DNA of 64,000 nucleotides from assembly GCF_947568905.1 (NCBI RefSeq), contig NC_079166.1, positions 13,578,001 to 13,642,000 of the forward strand, read 5' to 3'. A model generated the notes under the pieces. The model did no database searches. It was not told the origin of the DNA and was given only the letters and a program-made list of their open reading frames with translations. The DNA comes from Ostrea edulis (taxonomy: Eukaryota). Positions 39,656 through 51,137 of this stretch are shown piece after piece. The stretch's first letter is position 1. Every line of letters begins with the position of its first letter. A program made the translations under genes and the position numbers.

Positions 39656-41509
39656 TGAATTCAGAAGATTACAAATCATCAGAATAATAAACACGAGAAG
39701 ATGAAGATTATCAAAACTGGGCATCTGGTGTTAGAAAGACATTGAGAGGTATTATGGAGAGTATGTAAATACCTTTACTTCCTATGTTACTTGCAAGATG
39801 AGTTTTGATTGGTTAACAAGCCGGCTGCAAATTTCCGTGTACTAAAGCCGGGAATAGATAATATACCGTCAAAATGTTGTCTCTGAATATCGCAGTGTTC
39901 ATGATTATTGAGATTGAGTATATATTTCCGTTTAATTCAAACTTCACTCCTTGACCCCCTTAATTGTACAATAGAATAACTCACATGATGACATATTTTA
40001 TTTAACCAGGAAATAAATTTTTATTGTTTCTCAGCTAAACATGATTGGGCCTGGATAATTGGTTTTAAAAATAGGAAGTATATTGAATTTCGTAATGCAG
40101 GTCTAATGAATGGATGTACGGGGGAATATCGGTATATACTCTGGGGGTCGAACCAGATTCATTCGATGGACTACGCATGCCTTGGATTTGTATTCCATAC
40201 ACCTTTTGGTCTCAAGATGTATGGAATACAGCTATCCCCGTTCACGCTGGAATGGAACTGGATAATAAATATTATGTTGTTGAGATATTCCACGCAGACT
40301 TCAAATGGTCTTATTCTCTTCTATCCTTTTCTTGGCATTGTCATTTCCTTCAGAGATATCACCTTGACTAAAACTATAACAAAACCACTTGCTGGAGTAA
40401 AATACAGAAGAGTAAAGAAAAGCATCTGTGTAAATGAAACCATCGAACGACCATTTCATGCTATCCATCTGGCAAACAAAGAGCGATAACTGACTTAGAA
40501 TTAATTGCATAGAGCTGCGTTATAGCTTTCTAACTTTAAAACATCATTCATAATTCGACGAATTCACAAGTATCCTTCATGTTTCATTCTTTCTAGACAA
40601 AACATTTTCCAGTTTAAGGTAATACTTAGTAATTTAAAATTTTCACCTCACGAGATGAGAAGTTTGCCTTTGTACACAAAATAACCACTTTGAAGATATC
40701 TGATTGCAAGGTAAGATTTTTGAATGCATTTGTAAAAAAAAAAAAATCAAGCCAAGTAGAAGTGTGTGGATATAAACACGCGTTTGACATACAGAAGGTT
40801 CTATTTGAGAACCGGCGTGATCCTGGTAAATGAATTCCCTGGTAAACAATACGTTTTGTGTGTACATGTTGCTATAGTAATGTGAGGTACAACACCCCTA
40901 GATTCAGAGTTTGCATATTTTGAATTAATTACAGTATAAATACAAGATTCTTGCAAAAGATTTCTTTATTATCAATCAAATCAATGTACATATTTCCAGA
41001 ATAAGCATCGCCCCATACAAGTTTTAGATGTAACAGCATCAGCTTTGCTCACCTCCGTTCATTGATCAAAATCTGAACATAACTGACTTAAGAGTTGTAG
41101 TGACGGAAGAAAGCTCCCCGAAAAAAAAACTAGATGGGAGAACTTTGTAATCTTTAGAAGTGAAAGTACTAAAAATATATAATTTTTATTACAAAATTAA
41201 ATTATTCACCTAAAAAATGCGAAATATAAGACATTACACTCATATTAAAAAAATATTCTAGAAGAAAATACTCTGTATTGTTGAAAAAGCAGATGAGCAT
41301 AGATGTTAACATGAATATTTCGTTTTAATGTTTCGTTTTGAAGTTCGTTAGTTGTGAAAGATCGATTAAAGGCTTCAGAGTTTCGGGGTTTTATGAATTC
41401 CCTCTCAGAGACGTAATAAAAGTCACTAAAACCGACACATTCTTAAACTATGGGAAGTTTAGAATATACAGAAGTAGTGTTGTCATTCCGATACCACACG
41501 GCCGACTGC

Positions 41510-41663
41510 TTTGTTTGTCTGCTTTACGTCCCATCGATTATTTTTCACTCATTCTGAGACGTTACCCGTTGTAGGTGAAGTGCTACAATTAGACCTATGC
41601 TTAACGCTCAGGGTCGTAGCAATGAGACTTCTTTAACCAGCCAACGCCTGCCGCGACACGGGA
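41510..41663 (-). mobile_element. SINE 3' fragment (duplicated at about 49273-49428)
   Basis: (TTGT)n tail, TTTACGTCCCATCGA-TTTTTCACTCATT-TGAGACG, ending GACACGGGA like 21382-21627. Confidence 0.6.
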
Positions 41664-44600
41664 CATACTGCGCACATGCAAAGTTATTATTTTATATTCT
41701 ATAGGGCGGTCAGTTTACTACACTGGGTTGTTATCAGATTTCTATAGGCCAATCACGAAGGTTCTACAATTTTTTTTAATATTTGCCTGTTGATCACGAA
41801 GTCTGAGTAAAATGAAATACATGTAGATATGTTTCGAAACATCACGCAGCTGCCTTAACACGTGACACGTTTTTTACATATAAATTCAATGACGATGACA
41901 AAATTACGGACAACCCCATTTTAAAGTTCCATGTACCAGTATAGTGTATATAAGTGATTATTTTATGGCATTTAGCTATACGTTCGTATTTCCTGCCACG
42001 TGACATCCAATTAATTTACAATTTTAATAACGTAAACAAATACGGAAGTAAATACATGTAGATATAGTTTGCATTTGGTCACTATAGACTATGGCTGATT
42101 TTGTGGGTCGTGTGAAGGAAATAGATAATATTACTGACATCTTATGCTCCCCTTCATCTACAAAAAGTGCAGTCATTTTGTATGGAACGAAAGCAGTAGG
42201 CAAATCCTCGGTAGCTCGAGAAGTTTGCAAGAGTATGGAGGATTTGGAAGTACACTGGGTGGACTTAACACATATTGGAGAGGCAATCAAAATTCTTGAA
42301 CCTTTAGTGATCACGATTCTAAACGAAAATCATCTAATTATCGATGAAGAGAACGTCGATGATTTATTTGATGACTTGCTGGAAAGACTATGTTGCAGAC
42401 TTACAGGGCCCGAGAAAAAACACCTCATTGTATTTGACAATATGGATGAGGTATTAGAAAGAAAATTGTCAACGTACATGACAAAGATGATTCATACCCT
42501 TGCTTGTGTTGATGGCGTACGAATCTTGGCTACATCAACGATAAAACTTGAAGTCAAACATCCTTATGTACTGGAAATGGCACTAGAACCATTATCAATC
42601 AAAGACTCTGAAAACCTGCTTCACAAACTTTGCCCCTGTTTGAATCGGAATGAAATGTTTTACAAAGTAATAGACCTGTGTGAAGGGTTACCACTTGTTC
42701 TTAAAATGACAGCGAGTGAAATTGATGCAGGGGAGCTCACCGTGGATGAAATAGTGTGTTTACTGAGTCAGTGTCGACTGAAATTTCTCAGCCAGGAGTT
42801 TTATCCAAGTACAGACCGACTGGGTAAAAAGTTCCCAAAATGCACAGCAAACTGCATTATATGTTAACACGAATGAGTAGAGATATACTATGTTAAAACG
42901 TGTCTATCTTTTGCAGGACCAGTGTATCTCGCTTTTTTACGACGACTCTCAAAACCTCTGCAAGATAAATTGTCCATGATCAATTATATCCCAGGTACCT
43001 TTGATGAAAAGGAAGCTGTAGGAATGATGGGTAAGTTTTATGAATTTTATGGGTAAGCTTTTAGGAATGGAGGGTAAAGTTTTAGGAATGATGGGTAAAC
43101 TTTTAGGAATGATGTGTAAGCCTCCAAATTGTCCTCCATGAAACATTTGTCCAAGTGTCATTAATGTATGTTAAAAATCAGGACGTGAAGACTCCTCCAC
43201 TATTGGGCACCTGGAAGCAGCAATAAAACATCATGTTATTCACAAGTACGGAATTCACAAAAGATTGGACATTCATGGAATTTTACGAGATTGCATATCC
43301 GAGTTCATGGCAATCAAGAACCTACCGTGTATGTACAGTTTGAATGAAGTCGTTCAATGAATCTCAAGTAAATTACTTTTAATTCAGTTATTGAAAAACC
43401 TTAAGCAGATGATGTTCTATAATAATAGCGTTGAGGTGCATATATACTTTCAGTGGTACGTACTAGATTTTGTAAGGTATTTTCTGAGATCCTTCGGGAG
43501 TTGGATGAAAAGTCTCGTACCTCTGACTACCAGGTGGCGCTCTGTCGATTGAATCAGGAGCAGCAGAACTTCAATAAGCTGTTTAAAGATGTCTTCCACT
43601 GCACTAGCGACACCTATCATATTTTTGTCAACATTGCCTCCTATCAATATAACATGTCCACGTCAGCTTTTATGTTTAATTCACCTGATTCATATGGTAA
43701 AATATCCTTATCATATTTCATTTAAGAAACTTTTATTCATTTTTATATCTATTCTACAATTTTTCGTCTTGCCTTCATATTAATATCTACACGCCATGTT
43801 TCTTCTGACAGAAATGGGGATGGTTTTCTACGAAGAATGTTTACGCCTAACTCGAAAACACGGGAATGATTATGACACATCAAAAGTACTTAATGGTTTA
43901 GGACGTGTGGTGACAAATATAAAGGTATATCTTCGTACTCTCTGATATTTCAAATCGCAAGTTTATTTTAGAATTTATCCCACAATCAAAAGTAAGAATA
44001 TGTATTGGTATATACGTGTATTCTGGTTTACTTCATTACAATAAGAAAGGAATATTACGGGGCACGAACGAACTAAACATTTCGACCTATTCCTTTCATC
44101 TGGGATGAAATCAAGTAGTTTACGTTGAATGAGGTGTTGTATTTTGCCATTATAGATACCCGAACGATGTCAGTTTGGAAATATATTTTATTTAATCATT
44201 AGTACATATGTACCTTTAAAATAGGAATATATCTGGTAATTTATAATGAGGAAAGTGAAAACAGTGACATCTCGACCCTCTTACCTTCCCCCAAAAAAGG
44301 AGAGATGTGACAGAAATCTCACAATTATTCTACAAACGTGTCGCTTAATGTTTTGACTGGGGTATATGTAATGCATGTACAGTGCATTAACATCACTTTA
44401 GTGAGTTCTGTGTATATTTTAGATATTCATTGTTGTAATTCATGGACATGTTGAGACAGATTACATTTGTTATTTTCCTGATTAAGCTAAAGATACATTG
44501 TAGGTGTTCAATCAAGAAGGAAATGTTCCTGGTTTTTGATAATCGTTACCAAAATACGTGTTTATATAAAAACAATCTTATTCATACCTTTTCCTGAATG

Positions 44601-45159
44601 AATTTTTAATATTTACTCACTCTTGTATTTTGAGGTTAAATCATATAAAACATAAAAAACCCACGACCAACAAAAAATAATCACATGATTAAAAGATTTA
44701 ACAATTTATTTACTATTATTTACAGAAAAATCCATCAATAAAAAGATATTGACTTACACAAAATAAAGTTTACAAAGCAGTGTCCCTTGTTTGTTCACCG
44801 CTAAGCTGAATTTACACACGGGAATAAGGCTGTTTATAGCACTGTTGAAATCGGCTACAAAGTCGTTCACCAGTAATGTAGTATCCAATGTAATTCTTTA
44901 GAGTGCTTATTACCATACAATGTACTGTCTATAACATAATTCTAGATATGTCTATTTCTAGTAAACAGGTGATACATACCTTTGTATTCAATTTTCACCA
45001 TTCTACAAATAGAATGTCTTTTCCAGAGGCTTATCTAGATTACATGCGTCAATGAATAATATCAAGTACAAATGTATTATACAACAATAGAAACTTCATA
45101 TTCTACACAATACTTTGATAGAATAACTTATCAGCAAAATATATTTTAAGTTGAAATAG

Positions 45160-45641
45160 TAGTGATGAGAATCGGTGATAATTTCATAATCGATGATTGA
45201 TTTACTGTAACTAACTAATTATCGATTATTATCGGACATAGAGAAATTCTATAATACAGTTATTTAACTACAGAAAAAGTGTAAATAAATATTTTCTATG
45301 TTTATATTTGTTGTTTCTATTGCTGAGAGAGTGTAAGTGAATATTTTCTGTTTGTATTTCTTATTCATTTACTATCTTAATATCCTTTAATTACATTTAT
45401 AAAAGTCAATACGATTTTCTCGGGTATGAATACTTTCACTTTCATGTGCGCCGCCATTACAATAAACAAAACTTTTAGGTTAATAAATAGGTCACGGTGG
45501 AATAATTTTCAAATCCTACAGTCCTTGAGAAAACAAAATCTAAACACCGATTAATTGGAATAAAATTTTCATAATCGAGCGCTTAGAATTTGCCAACAAT
45601 CGACTGATTTTCGATTATAATCGATGATTGCAACACCACTA
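45160..45641. mobile_element. hAT-type MITE in intron 5 of copy A
   Basis: Termini TAGTGATG...CACCACTA; perfect 8-bp TSD TGAAATAG (45152-45159 and 45642-45649). Confidence 0.85.
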
Positions 45642-45881
45642 TGAAATAGACAGCTGTATACATTTCCTATGCAGTACTATCATATCGGTAATTAGGACAA
45701 GGGACCTAAATAGGACCGATACTATAAGTCTAATCTTAAAATATATACTTTACATTATTGTTGAACAACATTTAATTTTATATCACTGTTCGTTTTCTTC
45801 ATTTTTTCATCAAACAAATGTTAAAGCAAGTTGTATGTTCAGAAATCGCACTCGTTAAATTCATGACATTACATCATTACA

Positions 45882-46113
45882 TGACTTGTTTCATACCGAT
45901 TGTTAGGCCGTTCTTGGCACACTAATTTTGACTACGGATAACTCCGTTTACTTGATCAAGATAGACGGCTCACGGCGGATGTGACCGGTCGACAAGGGAT
46001 GATTAATCCTCCTAGGCACCTGATCCCACCTCTGGTATATCCAAGGGTCCGTGTTTGCCCAACTATCAATTTTGTATTGCATATAGGAGTTATGAGATTG
46101 ATTACTGTTCATC
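45882..46113 (+). mobile_element. Penelope-like retroelement 3' end (duplicated at 56300-56532)
   Basis: Reverse complement of the 25759-25908 type sequence. Confidence 0.65.
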
Positions 46114-49043
46114 AAAGATGCAAATTGCATCTCTCAATCGTCGATCAAATTTCCTAACACAATTTCATTTTGTTTGTGACATGCTATATAAATACATGTA
46201 TTTAACTTGTCATTGGTACATCAGGAAGATCACGTTCTTGGTGAGCGCCATTACAGGGAAGCCTTACGTATCAGACAGCGACATCACAAACAACAGGACT
46301 ACTTCCTGGCGTTCCTGTATCAGAGCCTGGGTTGGAACCTAGGATGCCAGGGAAAAACACTTGATGCTATATTGTAAGTAATAGAATATAAGTTATTGTA
46401 AGTAAGTGATAGAATATAAGTAATTGTTAGTAATACATTTAAGTGTTTATAAGTTAATAAGATATAAGTAATTGTAAGCTTTAATACTTTTATTTCAATA
46501 AAGATTAAGTGTGAGAAAATTATGTTATGATATCAAATTCGTATGTATCAATTTCATATGATTTTAGGCTATTTCTTTATTTAGTGATACAAGGTGTCGT
46601 TTTCTAAATTTAGACCTAATTGACACGGGTCATGCACTTATTGATCTATTGATAGGTTCCTCGAGAAAGCCCTTAAGATTGAACTGGAACTTGGGATGTA
46701 CACAGAAAATCTAATCTTGAATACACTTCAAACGCTAGCTCTCTTTCATCTGGATTTAGGTATCGTGTAATGAATTGAAATACATATACAAAAAAAACAG
46801 AATGCAAGTCAGAGTAGACTGAAAAAATAGTGCATGATTATGTGAAAATGACATAATCGTTTGAACTGATAATAAATTTGACCAGATTATATCACTTTTA
46901 ATGTTTTTGAAGATCATATAGACGATGGTGAAAAGTACCAAATGGAAGCTTTTCGACGCAGACGACTGGCCATAGGGACAGACATGCACCCAATCATGGG
47001 TTCCATGATGAACAATGTTGGTGAAATGTATGAAAAGAAGGGTGATTTTGAAGAAGCAGAAAGCTATTTTCGACGTGGACTAGAAATAAAAACGCATACG
47101 AACGCTGCAGTGAAAAGTATTGTGTTATCGGAAATAAACTTGGCAAACCTACTGACGGATACCGGACGGGCAGACGACGCCCTGGATGTCCTGCATTGTA
47201 GCATGAATCGGATGGGAAAATTCAGTGGTATCTTTGAAGATACACAATCTCTTGTTCATGAAAGTTTTGGTAGAGCATTTAGGGAAAAAGGAGAAAATAT
47301 AGATCAGCCATGAAATCGTTTCGAGACGCCATTGGCCGTCATGGCGACAGTTGTGCACGTGATTTCGGGGTAATTGGTTTGCAGTGTCGATTGGCGGAGA
47401 GCCTAACATGTCTTCACAAATACAAGGAAGTAATAAATATAATCAAATATTCTTTAAACCAGAAGGATGCTGCAATTAAGCACAATCCGTCATCATTGGT
47501 AGTGCTTCGTTGCTACAAAATCCTCAGAAACGCACAGATTGAATCCGATTGCATCTGGGATGCGCAGGAATCATACAAGAAAGGATATATAGAATTCATA
47601 CGCTTAAAAAACTTATTTGAAAATCTCGATAAGGAAAATTGTCTTTTTAAACTTCAGACTGAATGGGATATTGTACAAACTAATGATGTTTTAGAGAATG
47701 ATACTGTTCATGTACACTCTATGTTCCTATAGCCATAAGAACTGGGGACAGAAAGGACAAATTTTCTGTCACATGCTAGCCAAAACTTTAACCAAGTTGC
47801 ATGAAATACAGCCATCCTGGTACACGCTAGATTGGAACTGGATAATAAATATTATGTTGTTGAGATATTCCACGCAGACTTTAAATGGTCTTATTCTGTC
47901 CCATTTTTATTGACGCCCCTTATCTTCGTATAAAAACCAGCAAGTTATCCTTTTCTTGGCATTCTCATTTCCTTCAGTGATATCATCGTGACTAAAACTA
48001 TTACAAAACCATTTACAGAAGAGTAAAGAAAAGCATTGAACGACCATTTCATGCTATCCATCTGGCAAACAAAGAGCGATAACTGACTTAGAATTAATTG
48101 CACAGAGCTGCGTTATAGCTTTCTAACTTTAAAACATCATTCATAATTCAACGAATTCACAAGTATCCTTCGTGTTTCATTCTTTCTAGACAAAACATTT
48201 TCCAGTTTAAGGTAATACTTAGTAATTTAAAATTTTCATCTCATGAGATGAGAAGTTTGCCTTTGTACACAAAATAACCACTTTGAAGATATCTGATTGC
48301 AAGGTCAGATTTTTGAATGCATTTGTAAAAAAAAAAAAAAAAATCAAGCCAAGTAGAAGTGTGTGGATATAAACACGCGTTTGACATACAGAAGGTTCTA
48401 TTTGAGAACCGGCGTGATCCTGGTAAATGAATTCCCTGGTGAACAATACGTTTTGTGTGTACATGTTGCTATAGTAATGTAAGCTACAACACCCTCAGAT
48501 TCAGTGTTTGCATATTTTGAATTAATTATAGTATAAATACAAGATTCTAGCAAAAGATTTTCTTTATTATCAATCAAAGCAATGTACATACTTCCAAAAT
48601 AAGTATCGCCCCCATACAAGTTTTAGATGTAACAGCATCAGCTTTGCTCACCTCCGATAATCGATCAAAATCTGAGGATAACAGACTTAAGAGTTGTAGT
48701 GACGGAAGAAAGATCCCCGAAAAAAAAAAACTAGATGGGAGAACTTTGTAATCTTTAGAAATGAAAGTACTAAAAATATATCATTTTTATTACGGAATTA
48801 AACCACTCACCTAAAAAATGCGAAACATAAGACATTACACTCGTATTAAAAAAAGTATTCTAGAAAAAAATGCTCTGCATTGTTGAAAAAGCAGATGAGC
48901 ATAGATGTTAACGTGAATAAAACGTTTTAATGTTTCGTTTTGAAGTTCGTTAGTTGTGAAAGATCGATTAAAGGCTTCAGAGTTTCGGGTTTTGTAAATT
49001 CCATATCAAAGACGTAATAAAAGTCACTAAAACCGACACATTC

Positions 49044-49287
49044 TTAAACTATGGGAAGTTTAGAATATACAGAAGTAGTGTTGTCATTCCGATACCACAC
49101 GGCCGATTGCTTTGTCTGTCTGCTTAAACTATATGGGAAGTTTAGAATATACAGAAGTAGTGTTGTCATTCCGATACCACACGGCCGATTGCTTTGTCTG
49201 TCTGCTTAAACTATATGGGAAGTTTAGAATATACAGAAGTAGTGTTGTCATTCCGATACCACACGGCCGATTGCTTTGTTTGTCTGC
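49044..49287. repeat. 80-82 bp unit triplicated in duplication unit 2 (single in unit 1, about 41444-41523)
   Basis: TTAAACT anchors at 49044, 49124 and 49206. Confidence 0.92.
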
Positions 49288-49983
49288 TTTACGTCCCGTC
49301 GATTATTTTTCACTCATTCTGAGACGTCACCCGTTGTAGGTGAAGTACTACAATTAGACCTATGCTTAGCGCTCAGGGTCGTAGCAATGAGACTTCTTCA
49401 ACCAGCCAACGCCTGCCGCGACACGAGACATACTGCGCACATGCAAAGTTATTATTTTATATTCTATAGGGCGGCCAGTTTACTACCCTGGGTTGTTATC
49501 AGATTCCTATAGGCCAATCACGAAGGTTGTACACATTTTTTATGTGTGTCTGTTGATCACGAAGTCTGAGTAAAATGAACTACATGTAGATATTTTTCGA
49601 AACCTCATGCAGCTGCCTTACCACGTGACACGGTTTTTACATATAAATTCAATGACGGTGACGAAATTACGGACAATCCCGTTTTAAAGTTCCATATACT
49701 AGTGTATATAAATGATTATTTTATGACATTTAGCCATACGTTCGTATTTCATGCCACGTGACATCCAATTAATTTACATTTTAGATTTTGGTGCAACTTC
49801 ATAAGAGTCATGAGAAATTGATCACTGGTATAAACCCTTGTACCGCCCATCCTAGAACTTGTTAAAATTGGCACATTCTCTTCATACCAGCCACCAGCAC
49901 ATTGATACTCCTGAAGGACATGATGTATATAACAGCATCTGTAACAAGCATAGACATCAAGGTGAATATCATTTAAAGTATTG

Positions 49984-50166
49984 TAGGGGTGGATCAAGAA
50001 AATTTGCAACGGGGGGGGGGGGGGGGGGCAAGTGTAATTTATACTATCCCCCTAAAAGAGGTATGGTGTAAATTAAAATGATCAAAATTGCAACCCAAAT
50101 CCCCATATTTGTTACATATGAACTACCAAATGGGGGATGGCACCACCCCCTCTTGTCCCACCACTG
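49984..50166. mobile_element. Degenerate short MITE related to 34231-34411
   Basis: TAGGGGTGGATCAAGAA...CCCACCACTG with a G-tract interior. Confidence 0.4.
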
Positions 50167-51030
50167 CATTCTTAAACAGTAAATAAACATCTTGTATCGA
50201 AAGAAGAATTCAAACGCCACAATCTAAATTGAATTAATTTAAGATCTGAATGTATGAATGAATGTTTACTATTTCTTTGTTGCCACAAGAGGCATAGTAT
50301 TTTACAAATACATAGACACAGAAATGAAGTACATGTGTATCAAAAACTTTTGCTAGGTCCCGTATTATGTAAATATTGTAAAAACATGTTATTTCAGTTA
50401 TCCCAATCGTGTTTGAAATTTTTTGTTTCCAAATTGGTAGCATTTTCCGTGAGGGTCACAATAAAAACATAAGCAATATCATTATTAATTAAAACATAAT
50501 GAAAATGAGAAACTGCATTGCCTTGTAAATGTGTCCCCCTAGCTATCAGCATCCCATAAAAATGTGTTATTACAAGTATTAATTAGGGAGATGGACAAAA
50601 CATGGTACAAATAGATACCTGCATATATTTACTTTATCCAGCCAATTGTTTTATTCCCCCGTCCCTTTTGCATTCATTTTGTCTCCTTAATCAAAAGTAC
50701 CATACTGCATAATTGTGTCATGTAATGCTAGTTCTAACTCATAAAAAACTAAACTCTTCAACTTGACAGCTGTTTATTATCGAACATATTAAGTAAAATA
50801 TGTTTTAAATCAATCACCCGGTCGTGGGTAAAACTCACTGCTTCCGAGTTCTCAATCGGCGATTTAAATATAAGTATTATGACTTGTTTACCTGCATCTA
50901 TAAATCCACTTCTTCCTCTTTTTACATAAGTAGGGAATCTACATAGGATGTAGGTTTATTTTAACGCTGTCATCTGAGCATAACCAAAGCATAACAAAGT
51001 GACATTTTTCGATTGCTGCCTGGAAGTATT

Positions 51031-51061
51031 AAATCGAAAGTGAAAGTAAACGAGACTTTCC
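51031..51061 (+). promoter_or_regulatory. IRF-binding element plus kB-like site upstream of copy B
   Basis: AAATCGAAAGTGAAAGT (51031-51047) fits the IRF/ISRE consensus. GAGACTTTCC (51052-51061) is one mismatch from canonical GGGACTTTCC. Confidence 0.45.
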
Positions 51062-51137
51062 GACCCTATTTTAATCGCGTAAACAAATACGGAAGTAAAT
51101 ACATGTAGATATAGTTTGCATTTGGCCACTATAGACT

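Larger units (their letters stand above)
42091..47732 (+). pseudogene. NB-ARC/STAND ATPase-TPR gene, copy A; frameshifted in the last exon (predicted 667-aa truncated product)
   Basis: Exons 42091-42823, 42917-43030, 43182-43328, 43454-43696, 43812-43924, 46225-46373, 46656-46759 and 46913-47732. Motifs: FVGR, Walker A GTKAVGKS, Walker B LIVFDNMD, CEGLPLVL, then TPRs. A +2 nt (GA) insertion at about 47291-47294 relative to copy B creates a stop at 47311-47313. Confidence 0.85.

Noticed and set aside
24600-42000. Upstream exons encoding a death, TIR or enzymatic effector for the NB-ARC genes
   Set aside because: No recognisable domain found in the ORF track or by reading; short exons cannot be excluded.
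42024-43783. Antisense and alternative-frame ORFs over the NB-ARC exons (also 51071-52914, 57092-57406, 60828-61112)
   Set aside because: Shadows of the real coding frame; conserved only because the locus is duplicated.
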